Shown here: positions 14,430-23,611 of the stretch, in pieces
How positions within the stretch are numbered: position 1 is the stretch's first letter
Layout: every line of letters begins with the position of its first letter
Assembly: GCA_047651235.1 (NCBI GenBank)
Contig: CP178758.1
Location: forward strand, 2,880,001 to 2,912,000
Origin: Candidatus Electrothrix yaqonensis
GTDB lineage: Bacteria > Desulfobacterota > Desulfobulbia > Desulfobulbales > Desulfobulbaceae
Length of the DNA: 32,000 bases
Direction: 5' to 3'
Translations under genes and position numbers: made by a program
The notes under the pieces: generated by a model
Told to the model about the DNA's origin: nothing
Databases searched by the model: none
What the model saw: the letters and a program-made list of their open reading frames with translations, nothing else

Positions 14430-15691
14430 GTACGCTGTTTCCCTGTGTTGCCTGTCTGCAGATGGAGATTCAGCCGGGTGATCTGGAACTCAATATCAGT
14501 CGACTGCAGAACCTGCTGGCCGGTGCGGACTGTCCGCCGGATACCCTGGTTGTCCTGCCTGAATTCTGGGCAACCGGCTTTGACTATCCTCATCTTGCCG
14601 AGCTTGCAGAGCACACTCCGGAACTTCTGGGGATACTGCGCCGTGCCGCTGCACAAGGTGGCATCTGGCTTGCCGGTTCTCTGCCGGAAAAGGGAGACGA
14701 GGGCAGGTGCTTCAATACCCTGTTTGTGGTCGGGCCGGAGGGCATTGCAGGAAAATACCGGAAGCACCATCTGTTCGGCCTGTGGCGGGAGGATCAGTAT
14801 CTGGAGGCCGGACAGGGACCATCGCCTGTGGATACGCCGTTCGGGCCTCTGGCTGCGCTGGTCTGCTATGATCTCCGATTTCCGGAAACCAGCTGGAATC
14901 AGGCTTTTTCAGGCAGCAGACTGATTGTGGTCTCGGCCCAATGGCCCCTGAGCCGCTCTGATCAATGGCGGATTCTGCTCCAGGCAAGGGCTGTGGAAAA
15001 TCAGGCTTTTGTGGCAGCCTGTAACGGCTGCGGCTTTGTGGCGGCAGGGGAACTTGGCGGGCATTCCATGATTGTTGATCCTTTCGGTCAGGTACTGGAA
15101 GAGGCCGGGAAAGGGGTCGGCGTCATCAAAGCAGACCTTGCGGAGATTTCGGTGGATGTTGCCCGTTCCCGCTTCTGCCCGGTCGGCGAACGCCCCTGGT
15201 CCGGGCAGGACAGCAGTAAAATTGTCCGACTGGAGATCCTGCAGGAACGGCTACGCCGCATCCGGCAGCAGAACAGCAGGATCGTCTTCACTAACGGCTG
15301 TTTTGATCTGCTTCATGCCGGCCATGTAACGTATCTTGAAAAGGCACGCCGGTACGGCGACTGCCTTGTGGTCGGCCTGAATTCCGACAGATCCGTCCGG
15401 ACCCTCAAGGGGCCGTCCAGACCGGTGAACAGCGGGGCGGATCGGGCCAGGGTGCTTGCTGCCCTAGGTTGTGTTGATTTTATTGTTTTCTTTGATGAGA
15501 AGACACCGTTCAGGCTGATTACAACCCTGCTGCCGGATGTCCTGGTCAAGGGGGCAGACTGGCCTGAGGAAGAGATTGTCGGGGCGGCTGATGTCCGGGC
15601 AGCCGGCGGGGAGATACAACGGATTCCCTTTGACCGTGCGGTCTCCACCACGGGAATCATCAATAAAATCCTTTCCTCTTCCTCCGGCTGA
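14426..15691 (+). CDS. Fusion protein: carbon-nitrogen hydrolase (nitrilase superfamily) + RfaE domain II-like cytidylyltransferase (heptose-1-phosphate adenylyltransferase type)
   Basis: The N-terminal half carries the Glu-Lys-Cys triad contexts VLPEFWATGF, YRKHHLF and ALVCYDLRFPE. The C-terminal half reads IVFTNGCFDLLHAGHVTYLEKARRYGDCLVVGLNSDRSVRTLKGPSRPV....R..VLAAL..VD.IV.FDE.TP..LI..L.PDVLVKGADW, which is the HldE/RfaE domain II pattern with an HxGH motif. Confidence 0.8.
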   Translation: MSTLFPCVACLQMEIQPGDLELNISRLQNLLAGADCPPDTLVVLPEFWATGFDYPHLAELAEHTPELLGILRRAAAQGGIWLAGSLPEKGDEGRCFNTLFVVGPEGIAGKYRKHHLFGLWREDQYLEAGQGPSPVDTPFGPLAALVCYDLRFPETSWNQAFSGSRLIVVSAQWPLSRSDQWRILLQARAVENQAFVAACNGCGFVAAGELGGHSMIVDPFGQVLEEAGKGVGVIKADLAEISVDVARSRFCPVGERPWSGQDSSKIVRLEILQERLRRIRQQNSRIVFTNGCFDLLHAGHVTYLEKARRYGDCLVVGLNSDRSVRTLKGPSRPVNSGADRARVLAALGCVDFIVFFDEKTPFRLITTLLPDVLVKGADWPEEEIVGAADVRAAGGEIQRIPFDRAVSTTGIINKILSSSSG

Positions 15692-15703
15692 GTCCTTTGT
15701 TTT

Positions 15704-16660
15704 CTACTTGGCTGGTTCCTCTTCTTCCTCTTCCTCGTAGGCGCCTATTTTCAGCCCTTTCTGCAGCTCCTCCAGGCCGGAATAGTCCAGCGGGTCGGAC
15801 CAGCCTGTACACTGCGCATCATCAGCAGCCCTGGCTCCTTTGGTCAGGTATTTGAGATATCTGGCCACCTTGTCTGCGGAATACGTATCAGTGGACGCTG
15901 TTCGGGCCAGCACCCATTCCGGATAGAGCGGCGTGGAGACGACAAAGGGAAATTCGGGATAGTGCTTCTGGGCAAGAATTTTTACATCCAGCATTTCAAT
16001 CTCCTCGTTTTCGGCCATTTTTTCCAGAACACCTGTGCGCACCGTGCCTGCATGAACCTGGCGGCTGAGGACGGCCCGGACCACCTTGGTATGGGTGTCG
16101 AAAAATCTGAGGGTGGAAAAATAGGTGAGCGCATTTATTCCGGCGTCGGCGAATTCCTTCTGGGCCATCTGCCAGCCTCCCAGGGAGTTTTTCTGGACCG
16201 CACCGAATTTCCTGCCTTTCAGGTCGGTCAGGTCAATGATATCTGTATTGGCTGCAGTAAAAATGACCCCGCCGAAGCTGTCCTGGCCGGACGACTGCAT
16301 GGTGGCCACAGGCACGGCAGCATAGCGCACTTTGGCTGTCACAAACAGAAAAGGATTAGCAATAAAAAAATCGACCTCGTCCTTTTCCACTGCGGGCAGA
16401 ACCTCGCCGAACTCCAGCGGCACGATGGAGAACGGGACATCAAGACTGGCCGTGAGGTACTCGGCAGTGGTATTCCACTGTTTCAGTGCATTCAGTTTCC
16501 CGTTTGCGGCAAGAACGCCGATGGTGATTTCCTGTTCCTTTTCGCCCTGTTCCCCGGCCTGGCAGAAACAGGCGGCAAAGACGAATATGACGGCTGCAAT
16601 GACCGTCGGAATTCTGTTGCACATGATGACCTCCGTGCTGGCTGTGAGTTGATACTGCAT
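15704..16660 (-). CDS. PhnD-like (phosphonate-bd fold) periplasmic substrate-binding protein with a poly-Glu tail
   Basis: A signal-like N-terminus (..IPTVIAAVIFVFAACFCQAG) is followed by ITIGVLAANGKLNALKQWNTTAEYL...VPLEFGEVLPAVEKDEVDFFIANPFLF, typical of PF12974-type binding proteins. The C-terminus is ..GAYEEEEEEEPAK. An alternative start at 16624 is possible. Confidence 0.7.
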   Translation of the reverse strand: MQYQLTASTEVIMCNRIPTVIAAVIFVFAACFCQAGEQGEKEQEITIGVLAANGKLNALKQWNTTAEYLTASLDVPFSIVPLEFGEVLPAVEKDEVDFFIANPFLFVTAKVRYAAVPVATMQSSGQDSFGGVIFTAANTDIIDLTDLKGRKFGAVQKNSLGGWQMAQKEFADAGINALTYFSTLRFFDTHTKVVRAVLSRQVHAGTVRTGVLEKMAENEEIEMLDVKILAQKHYPEFPFVVSTPLYPEWVLARTASTDTYSADKVARYLKYLTKGARAADDAQCTGWSDPLDYSGLEELQKGLKIGAYEEEEEEEPAK

Positions 16661-16968
16661 AGCAGATTAAAACGGATTAAACATATTATTTACGTAGTAT
16701 ACCCGCAGAGGCGTGAACAGCAAGGGGGATTTTCTGTTTCGGTGCGTATGGGATATATTTTTTAATTATTCAGATGCATTGTATGGGGGCTCCGCTGGTC
16801 CGGTCCGCTTCTGCCGGGCTGAAGGAAAAACAGAACTGAAAATAATAATTCTTCTCATGATACTGACAGGAGGTATGTTTTGAGAAGAGGAAAAGAGCAC
16901 ACCTTCGCATACTCTGTACCGAATTCGGAAAATAACAGATAAATCCGGTCAATCCGGTGAAAAAAAAT

Positions 16969-17000
16969 TGATTTCCGCTTTAGATATGCTATGTTAAAAT
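16969..17000 (+). promoter_or_regulatory. Possible extended -10 promoter upstream of the chemosensory cluster
   Basis: TGtTAAAAT at 16992-17000 (TGn + TAAAAT). TTGATT at 16969-16974 is poorly spaced (20 nt). The element lies about 120 nt upstream of the ATG at 17123. Confidence 0.25.
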
Positions 17001-17122
17001 GATAGTGTCGGAAAGTGCCGGAGTGACGGCGCCGTCCCGTTCCCGGCGAGCCTGAACAATATACCTGTTACCCGGTGGTGTTTCTGTAAATCCCCTTTTT
17101 TCATGTTTCAGTCGTCCGTCTC

Positions 17123-18928
17123 ATGTCTGATATATCAAAGATTCTTATCGTGGATGATGACCTGACCTTTGTCAGGGAATTGTGCGATGTCCTGTCGGCA
17201 TACAGTCAGTATGACGTACTGACTGCCACCAACCGGGGCGACGAGGTGTTTGCTCTGAAAAAAGAGAAGATAGCGGTTCTTGTTGTCGATTTGAGCGCCG
17301 GTAATCTCGATGTTCTTTTTCTGCTTTCTCTTGTCTCCACCTCGTACCGGCATGTCCAGTGTATTGTTATGCTCCGGGAGGAGCATCCTTCCGTGAAAGC
17401 AGTCCAGGACTGTTTTCTGAAAGATTCCATCTTTCTGTATCTTGTCAAACCGTCCAATTTGGAGACCATCGGCTGTGCCGTGCTCGAAGCGCTGCAGCGG
17501 CTGGATGAGAACGATTATACGCCCGGAATTTCTGCCGGAAAGATTGTTTCGTTTCTTGAGGCCCAGGAAAAGAGCTGTCAGGTTGTGGTCAAGTACGGCA
17601 GTAAAAAAGAGGGGATTCTTCATTTTGACCGCGGCATGCTGATCAATGCGTCCTGCGGCAATAAGCAGAGCGTGGAGGCGGCTCTGGAAATTTTTGAATG
17701 GCCACCTCTCGCTTTTACTGTTGAAGAGGCGGATAGGCAGGTTGAGCAGCGTCTGACCCTGAAAGATCTGAGAACCGTCCGGGTGACCTCGCGACTGAAA
17801 AGAGAGGCTGCCGACAAGCAGGCAGTCGGCAACGGCGGCAGTGTCTGCACTGTGAATGCTGCCGGGCAGAACATCAATCTGTTTATTGTCGATGACTCCA
17901 GAATGATGCGCAAGGTTATCGCCAATATTTTCAAGGATCATCAGGTAGTGAAGGTGGTCGGCGAGGCCGAGAACGGAGAAGAGGCCCTGCAGATCATTCC
18001 CCAGCTCAAGCCGGACGTGGTGACCCTTGATGTGGAAATGCCAGTCATGGACGGGCTGACCACCATCAAACACCTGATGATTCAGGCACCCACGCCCACA
18101 GTGATGCTCAGCGCCATGACCCTGGAAGGAGCTGATGTCACCTTTAATGCCCTCAAATACGGGGCTGTTGATTTTGTGGCCAAACCGTCCAACACCGGGG
18201 AGGTTGATCTGCAGGAACAGACCAGGGAAATTGAAAGAAAGGTGCGTCTGGCTGCAGAGGTCGAGATTGAGGCGGTCCGGTATGTCAGGGCGGTGAGTCA
18301 GGAAAAAAAAGACGCTCATGCCTCGGCCCTTGCCGGAAAAAAATGTGAACAGCTTGTTGCGGTCGGGGCGGCGGAAGGAGGCTACGGCGCGCTGCTCAAG
18401 CTGCTTCCTCACCTGTCGGCCCAGGTTCCGGCGGCCTACTTTGTCATGATGTACACTCCGTCCCGGCATCTGGATTCTTTTGTCCGCTATATGAATAAAT
18501 TGTCGCCCCTGATGATCCGGCGGGCCGAGCATAATGCGGTGGTGGAGGCCGGGGTCTGCTATTTTGCTTCGGGCGAGGAATACCTTACTGTGCATGAAGG
18601 TGACGGCGGCCTGGTGCTGCATGTTTCCAAAGCGCCCTTTGCCACCCGCAGAGGCTCGGTGGATATGCTGTTTTTTTCCGTGGCCGAGCGGGTGCGGGAA
18701 AAATCCCTGGCTGTTATTCTCTCCGGTATGGGCGAGGACGGCTCTGAAGGCATGGAGGAAATTCTCCGGGTCGGCGGTACCGGCATTGCCCAGGACCCGG
18801 CTGTGAGTCTGTACCGGGAGATGCCGGTGGCGGTATCTTCCCGTTGCCCCGAAGTAAAAGTTCTTTCCGATGCGGAGATTCCGAAAAAGATTGAAGAGGC
18901 GCTTGCCGGGCACACAGCTGCCTCGTAA
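17123..18928 (+). CDS. REC - DUF4388 (PATAN-like) - REC - CheB-like methylesterase-fold protein with a degenerate catalytic triad
   Basis: REC1: ILIVDDD..VLVVDLS..LVKPS. Then ..KSCQVVVKYGSKKEGILHFDRGMLINASCGNKQSVEAALEIFEWPPLAFTVEE (DUF4388 pattern G.i.f..G.l..A......G.eAl..i..W..g.F). REC2: LFIVDDSRMMRK..PDVVTLDVEMPVMDG..MLSA..DFVAKPS. In the CheB-fold domain, GASTGG is GAAEGG (Ser to Ala) and QHMP is MYTP (His to Tyr), while GMGEDG keeps the Asp. Confidence 0.85.
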   Translation: MSDISKILIVDDDLTFVRELCDVLSAYSQYDVLTATNRGDEVFALKKEKIAVLVVDLSAGNLDVLFLLSLVSTSYRHVQCIVMLREEHPSVKAVQDCFLKDSIFLYLVKPSNLETIGCAVLEALQRLDENDYTPGISAGKIVSFLEAQEKSCQVVVKYGSKKEGILHFDRGMLINASCGNKQSVEAALEIFEWPPLAFTVEEADRQVEQRLTLKDLRTVRVTSRLKREAADKQAVGNGGSVCTVNAAGQNINLFIVDDSRMMRKVIANIFKDHQVVKVVGEAENGEEALQIIPQLKPDVVTLDVEMPVMDGLTTIKHLMIQAPTPTVMLSAMTLEGADVTFNALKYGAVDFVAKPSNTGEVDLQEQTREIERKVRLAAEVEIEAVRYVRAVSQEKKDAHASALAGKKCEQLVAVGAAEGGYGALLKLLPHLSAQVPAAYFVMMYTPSRHLDSFVRYMNKLSPLMIRRAEHNAVVEAGVCYFASGEEYLTVHEGDGGLVLHVSKAPFATRRGSVDMLFFSVAERVREKSLAVILSGMGEDGSEGMEEILRVGGTGIAQDPAVSLYREMPVAVSSRCPEVKVLSDAEIPKKIEEALAGHTAAS

Positions 18929-19127
18929 GAAAAAAAACGACCGGCTGCGGTATTCGTTGTAATTAAATTAGACTGGAGCTATTTTATAGGGTAAAATTAG
19001 GAGATAAATATAAAAAAGCAGAAGGAGGTTGCAACATGTTTTTAGTGCGGCGGAAGCGGGCGCCGGGCGGGGCTGTGTGGGCCGACCCGACGGGACAAGG
19101 GAATTCCAGACAGGAGGAAAGAACAGT

Positions 19128-22100
19128 ATGAGAGGCCAAACAGGACAATTATCCAGAAAAGGATGGGGACTTCGGGCCAAGCTGGTTATGCTGCTGCTGC
19201 TCGTTGGTCTTATCCCCTTTCTGGCGAACGCGATTATTGACCAGCTGGCATCTGCCGACGCTCTGACGGCTCGTGCTCAAGCCCAGCTTGAGTCTATTCG
19301 TGAGATTAAGAAAAACCAGATCGCCTCTTATCTTGAGGAGCGTGCCGGTGATACTGTGGTGCTGGCCAGGATTATTCAGTCGCTCCGCCGGGAGGGTATT
19401 GCCAAGCTGAAAGCGATTGAGGGAACAAAAGTTTCGGCCATTCGGCGTTATTTCGGTAAACGTGTAGCCGATATTGCGGTGTCGGCCAAGAACCTCACCG
19501 CTGTCGCTGCCATCCAGGAGATGGAAGAAGCCTTTGAGGAGGAGGGAAAAAGGGTCGGCGGCAGTCTGTGGAACGGCTACAAGGAGAAGTACAGTGCCTG
19601 GTTCTCCGGATTCCGGGATGAGCACGGGTATTATGACGTATTTCTGATTGCGCAGGACGGTGATGTTGTCTACACCGTTGCCGAAGAAGCCGATCTGGGG
19701 CAGAATCTGGTCTCCGGTTCTCTGCGGGATTCAGGTCTGGGCAGGCTTTTCTCCAAGGTTATGAAGGAAGGAAAGGCTGTTATAGAGGACTATTCCTCCT
19801 ACGCCCCCTCAGGGGGAGAGCAAGCCTCCTTTATCGGAGCACCGGTTCAGGATGGCGGCAGAACAGTCGGCGTCCTGGCGATGCAGCTGTCTACAGAGGA
19901 AGTTAATCGTATTGTTCAGGAGCGTGAGGGGTTGACCAGTACCTTTGAGTCCTTTCTCATCGGTGGCGATGCGGGAAATATTAGCCTCCACAGCGACCGT
20001 ACAGTCAAGGAAGGTAAAATCGGCGACGCATATTCCGGCCCTGATGCTCAGGCTGCGCTGGATGGCAAGACGGGTATCCTCTATAAAGTCGGCCCGACTG
20101 GCCTCTTTGAGCTGTCTTCCTATACACCGGTTGACGTTGCCGGACTGCACTGGGGTATGCTGACCACAGGTGCGCTGACCGAAGTTGTTGTGCCCAAAGC
20201 GGAAGGAGAGGCGGACGACCTGCTGAAACAGTATCAGAAAGCCTACGGGTACTATGATATTTTTCTGTTTGATCCGACCGGCTACTGTTTTTATTCTGCA
20301 GAGAAGGAGGCTGATTACCATACCAATCTTCTCACCGGCAAGTACAGCGACACCAACCTCGGAACGGCGGTCAAAAAAGTGGTGGGCACCAGAAGAACGT
20401 CCATTGTTGATTATCAACTTTATGCGCCGTCCGGCGCACCGGCCTCTTTTCTGGCTTCTCCGGTTATAGAGGAAGGTGAACTCGTGGCAGTCGTGGGTGT
20501 GCAGATTGCAGACACGGATATTCAGGAGATTCTGGACGAAACAACCGGTCTGGGCAATACCGGTGAGACCTTTCTGGTCGGCTTCAGTGATTTTGTTCCC
20601 CGTTCCAATTCCAGGAAGGGTCTCAAACTCCTCCAGGACCAGGCTCTGAAAACCGAGCTGATTGATGCAACGTCGGAGACAGGTCAGGCGCAGATCAGGC
20701 GCGCTCCTGACTACGTCGGCGACGAGATTTTCGGTGCAGCGGTTCCGCTGGATTTGAAAAAGAAGCTGGGTGCCGACTTTGACTGGATTCTGATCGCCAA
20801 GATTGACACCAAGGAAGCTCTGGAGGCTGTTACCACAATCCGTAACCGTGCTATCGCTCTGGGTTTTGCGTTCATTGTCGTTGTTGCAGCTATTGCCTGG
20901 TTCGTCGGCGGGGCTTTTGCCCGGCCTATTGTTGCCATTGCCGAAGTTGTCCGTCAGGTTGCTGCGGAACGTGATCTGACGCTGGATGTTCCTGTGGCCT
21001 CCAAAGACGAAGTAGGACAAATGGCAGGCGAGTTCAACAACATGCTGCAAGAGCTGAACCAGGCGTTTACTGAGGTACAGACTGTATCCCAGGCTGTTGC
21101 CAAAAACGCCGAGGACGTGGCCGGACGTGCTTCCGCCAACAGGGATCGTGCTGAGGTCGAGGCCCGTCAGACCGAGAAAACCAGAGAGCTGCTGGAGACA
21201 ATGGGTGAGACAGCCGGTCAGGTTGCCGAGGGTGCTTCAGCCCAGCAGGCAAGTGCTCAGAAATCCCAGCAGACCATTGCCGAGCTCCTGAAATCTATGG
21301 ACACCGTGAGCGACGCTGTTATCAAACAGTCCGAAGAAGCTGAGACCGCTACTGACCGTGTGGGTGCGATGGGTGAAACCGGTGCTCTAGTTGTGGCCAC
21401 CTCTGCCGAGCAGGGTAAAACAGTTATGCAGGTGACCGCATCCATGAACGAGATCACTGCATCCGTACAGAACATGGGGCAGGCAGTAGAAGCAGCCACC
21501 TCCCAGGGTCAGGAAGCCCTGCAGGCTGCCAGTGACGGTAGGGCTGCTGTGGAAAACACGGTTGCCGGTATGCGCGCCATTGCAGAATCCTCCGGACAGA
21601 TCTCTGAAATCATTGGCGTTATTACAGAAATCGCCGAGCAGACCAACCTGCTTGCTCTGAACGCCGCCATTGAGGCTGCCCGTGCCGGTGCGCATGGTAA
21701 GGGTTTTGCGGTTGTTGCTGACGAGGTCGGTAAACTGGCCCAGCGTTCCTCTGAAGCTGCCAAGGAGATTACCCAGCTGATCAAGGATTCTACTTCCAAC
21801 GTTGAGGCAGGAACCAAGTATTCCGAAGAGCTGCAGAGCGCTCTGGCCAAGATTGATGCCAGCGGTCGTAACAACATGCGCTCCATTGAGGAGATCGCCT
21901 CTGTTGCCCAGGTCGTTGAAGCGGATATCCAGAATGTCCAGACCCTGGTTCAGGAACTGAACAAACTGGCCGAAGAAATCTCCAAGATGGCCGGTGAGCA
22001 GGGTGCCCGTCGTCAGGCTGCTGAGACAGCGCTGAGCTCCATGGTCCAGCAGTCCCAGATCATCAGTGCGCTGGTATCTGAAGCAAGTGCAGGTTCCAGC

Positions 22101-22325
22101 TCCATCGACACTGAGATGCGCGACATTGTGCAGCGTACTGACAGGCTGAACGAACTGGTTGCCTCCCAGAGGGAGCGTTCCCAGAATGCGGTTCAGATTG
22201 CTCAGCAATCCCAGGAGGGTGCCCAGAAAACAGTACAGGGAGCCGGTGTGGTCGTGTCCATTACCGACGATCTGCGGTCTGCTTCCGACAGGCTGCGTGA
22301 ACAGGTTGAGCAGTTCAAGCTGTAA
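19128..22325 (+). CDS. Methyl-accepting chemotaxis protein with a duplicated Cache-like periplasmic sensor, HAMP and a very long signalling domain
   Basis: The start was chosen at the ATG at 19128 (AGGAGGA RBS); the ORF track extends to 19029. TM1 is ..[19 protein letters not shown]. Two ~200-aa paralogous modules are present ([33 protein letters not shown].. and [32 protein letters not shown]..). TM2 and HAMP follow (P-x-x-x-[14 protein letters not shown]). The hairpin tip has the [38 protein letters not shown] signature. Confidence 0.9.
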   Translation: MRGQTGQLSRKGWGLRAKLVMLLLLVGLIPFLANAIIDQLASADALTARAQAQLESIREIKKNQIASYLEERAGDTVVLARIIQSLRREGIAKLKAIEGTKVSAIRRYFGKRVADIAVSAKNLTAVAAIQEMEEAFEEEGKRVGGSLWNGYKEKYSAWFSGFRDEHGYYDVFLIAQDGDVVYTVAEEADLGQNLVSGSLRDSGLGRLFSKVMKEGKAVIEDYSSYAPSGGEQASFIGAPVQDGGRTVGVLAMQLSTEEVNRIVQEREGLTSTFESFLIGGDAGNISLHSDRTVKEGKIGDAYSGPDAQAALDGKTGILYKVGPTGLFELSSYTPVDVAGLHWGMLTTGALTEVVVPKAEGEADDLLKQYQKAYGYYDIFLFDPTGYCFYSAEKEADYHTNLLTGKYSDTNLGTAVKKVVGTRRTSIVDYQLYAPSGAPASFLASPVIEEGELVAVVGVQIADTDIQEILDETTGLGNTGETFLVGFSDFVPRSNSRKGLKLLQDQALKTELIDATSETGQAQIRRAPDYVGDEIFGAAVPLDLKKKLGADFDWILIAKIDTKEALEAVTTIRNRAIALGFAFIVVVAAIAWFVGGAFARPIVAIAEVVRQVAAERDLTLDVPVASKDEVGQMAGEFNNMLQELNQAFTEVQTVSQAVAKNAEDVAGRASANRDRAEVEARQTEKTRELLETMGETAGQVAEGASAQQASAQKSQQTIAELLKSMDTVSDAVIKQSEEAETATDRVGAMGETGALVVATSAEQGKTVMQVTASMNEITASVQNMGQAVEAATSQGQEALQAASDGRAAVENTVAGMRAIAESSGQISEIIGVITEIAEQTNLLALNAAIEAARAGAHGKGFAVVADEVGKLAQRSSEAAKEITQLIKDSTSNVEAGTKYSEELQSALAKIDASGRNNMRSIEEIASVAQVVEADIQNVQTLVQELNKLAEEISKMAGEQGARRQAAETALSSMVQQSQIISALVSEASAGSSSIDTEMRDIVQRTDRLNELVASQRERSQNAVQIAQQSQEGAQKTVQGAGVVVSITDDLRSASDRLREQVEQFKL

Positions 22326-22358
22326 GCCGGACCTGTTCTGTATTAGGCTTGTATAGCT

Positions 22359-22405
22359 GCATCACTCCGCGTGCTATTCGGTGTGTCCGGTGCGCGGGGT
22401 GATGC
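22359..22405 (+). terminator. Hairpin 34 nt after the MCP stop codon (possible weak terminator or attenuator)
   Basis: 13-bp stem GCATCACTCCGCG / CGCGGGGTGATGC (one G:U pair) with a 21-nt loop. It is followed by a T-rich but interrupted tract, GTTTCTGTCTGCTGTTCTG. Confidence 0.3.
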
Positions 22406-22522
22406 GTTTCTGTCTGCTGTTCTGCGGAAAACAGGTAAACAGCAGAAAACAAAGTACTCTGAAAAAAAACGGCTGACAGGGTCAGCCGGGTAACTGTATA
22501 TGCGGAATAAGGGGGAAAATTC

Positions 22523-23044
22523 ATGGCAGAGACATTTGCGGCTGACCGGGCCGAAAGAATAGCGGACCAGGATGAAAAAGAACAGCTTATGCAGCTGGTC
22601 GGCTTCACGATCGGCAGGGAACACTTCGGGGTTGATATTCTGATGGTCCAGGAGATTATCCGTTCCGCGCCGATTACTTCTGTGCCGAATTCACCGGATT
22701 TCATTGAAGGGGTTATCAATCTGCGCGGCAATATTATTCCGGTGATTGAGCTGAGAAAACGGTTGAACCTGTACAGGAAGGATATTGCGGCAAAGGATGC
22801 CTGGATACTGATTCTTGATATTAACAGCCGGGTGACCGGGTTTATTGTCGATTCCGTTACCAGGGTTCTGAAAATTATTGAAAGTACGATTGAACCGCCG
22901 CCTGAAGTCGTGGTGGCCGGACTGGGCAATCAGTACATCAAGGGTGTGTGCGATATCGGAGAAAATCTGCTGATTCTGCTTGACTTCAACCGTATTCTTC
23001 TTGCAGACGAGTTACAGCAGCTTAAGGCAATAAATGGGGAATAA
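22523..23044 (+). CDS. cheW: CheW coupling protein
   Basis: ..QLVGFTIGREHFGVDILMVQEIIRSAPITSVPNSPDFIEGVINLRGNIIPVIELRKRL... shows the canonical CheW-domain pattern. 173 aa. Confidence 0.9.
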   Translation: MAETFAADRAERIADQDEKEQLMQLVGFTIGREHFGVDILMVQEIIRSAPITSVPNSPDFIEGVINLRGNIIPVIELRKRLNLYRKDIAAKDAWILILDINSRVTGFIVDSVTRVLKIIESTIEPPPEVVVAGLGNQYIKGVCDIGENLLILLDFNRILLADELQQLKAINGE

Positions 23045-23048
23045 TCAG

Positions 23049-23414
23049 ATGAGTAAGCGAGTTCTGATAGTCGATGATTCATCCATGATGCGCAAGATGA
23101 TCGCAAAGCTGCTGCAGCCGCCGGGTCATATTGTTGTCGGCCAGGCAAAAAATGGCATTGAGGCCATTGAAATGTATAAATCGCTGCAGCCCGATATTGT
23201 CACCATGGATATCACCATGCGCGAGATGGACGGACTTGCCGCAGCAAAGGAAATTTTACAGTATGACAGCTCGGCGCATATCATTTTTCTTTCCAATCTT
23301 GATGAGGATATCTATCGGGAAGAGGTGGAGCGTCTCGGTGCCATGGGGTTTGCCAGCAAGCATAAGGCGAGAGAAATCCTTGAGATGATAGAACCGTCTG
23401 AAGGTGGTGCGTAA
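23049..23414 (+). CDS. cheY: CheY-like single-domain response regulator
   Basis: MSKRVLIVDDSSMMRKMI...PDIVTMDITMREMDG...IIFLSN...GFASKHK. The acidic pocket, the phospho-acceptor Asp and Ser/Lys positions are present. An alternative start at 23034 overlaps the cheW stop. Confidence 0.85.
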   Translation: MSKRVLIVDDSSMMRKMIAKLLQPPGHIVVGQAKNGIEAIEMYKSLQPDIVTMDITMREMDGLAAAKEILQYDSSAHIIFLSNLDEDIYREEVERLGAMGFASKHKAREILEMIEPSEGGA

Positions 23415-23611
23415 CTTCCGGCTTTTGTGCACTATGAACGGCTTGTGTCCTTTGCCGTTTTTCGGAAAATATCCGGCCTGATGTCTGCAGCGGTCTTAGG
23501 GGTTGCTGTGCGGCTGCGTATGAGGGTGCCGGAAAAATTTTGCGGACAGTTGACCGGGAGGCGGTTTCGGCGGGGCACCATAAAAGATCATCTTAAAACG
23601 GGTTTTCGCCT

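Noticed and set aside
14075-14770. 231-aa minus-strand ORF spanning the HEAT / CN-hydrolase junction
   Set aside because: It is antisense to two well-formed, translationally coupled plus-strand genes and has a Ser/Arg/Pro-rich composition.
15704-15745. Poly-Glu tail (EEEEEEE) of the PhnD-like protein / CTC-TTC repeat in the DNA
   Set aside because: This is a simple low-complexity codon repeat at a C-terminus. It is noted in the feature but is not evidence of a separate element.
15962-16765. 267-aa plus-strand ORF
   Set aside because: It is antisense to the PhnD-like binding-protein gene, which has a signal peptide and family motifs.
17135-18913. 592-aa minus-strand ORF
   Set aside because: It lies exactly antisense to the REC-DUF4388-REC-CheB-like gene. 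The translation is low-complexity (Gly/Arg/His/Pro-rich) with no motifs, so it is a shadow ORF of a GC-biased coding region.
19029-19127. N-terminal extension of the MCP ORF ([15 protein letters not shown]..)
   Set aside because: No RBS is present. The extension precedes a strong AGGAGGA-ATG at 19128 that starts right before TM1, so it is treated as 5' leader.
19809-22208. Minus-strand ORFs of 413 aa (19809-21050) and 273 aa (21387-22208), plus several shorter ones
   Set aside because: All are antisense to the MCP gene, whose plus-strand product has unmistakable MCP signatures. The antisense products have no recognisable features.
22470-22488. Hairpin CGGCTGAC-AGG-GTCAGCCG preceded by an A8 run, resembling a minus-strand terminator
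   Set aside because: No minus-strand gene lies upstream of it in that orientation, because the flanking genes are all on the plus strand. On the plus strand it lacks a U-tract.
22315-22929. 204-aa minus-strand ORF across the mcp-cheW gap
   Set aside because: It is antisense to cheW and to the structured intergenic region, with no RBS or motifs.
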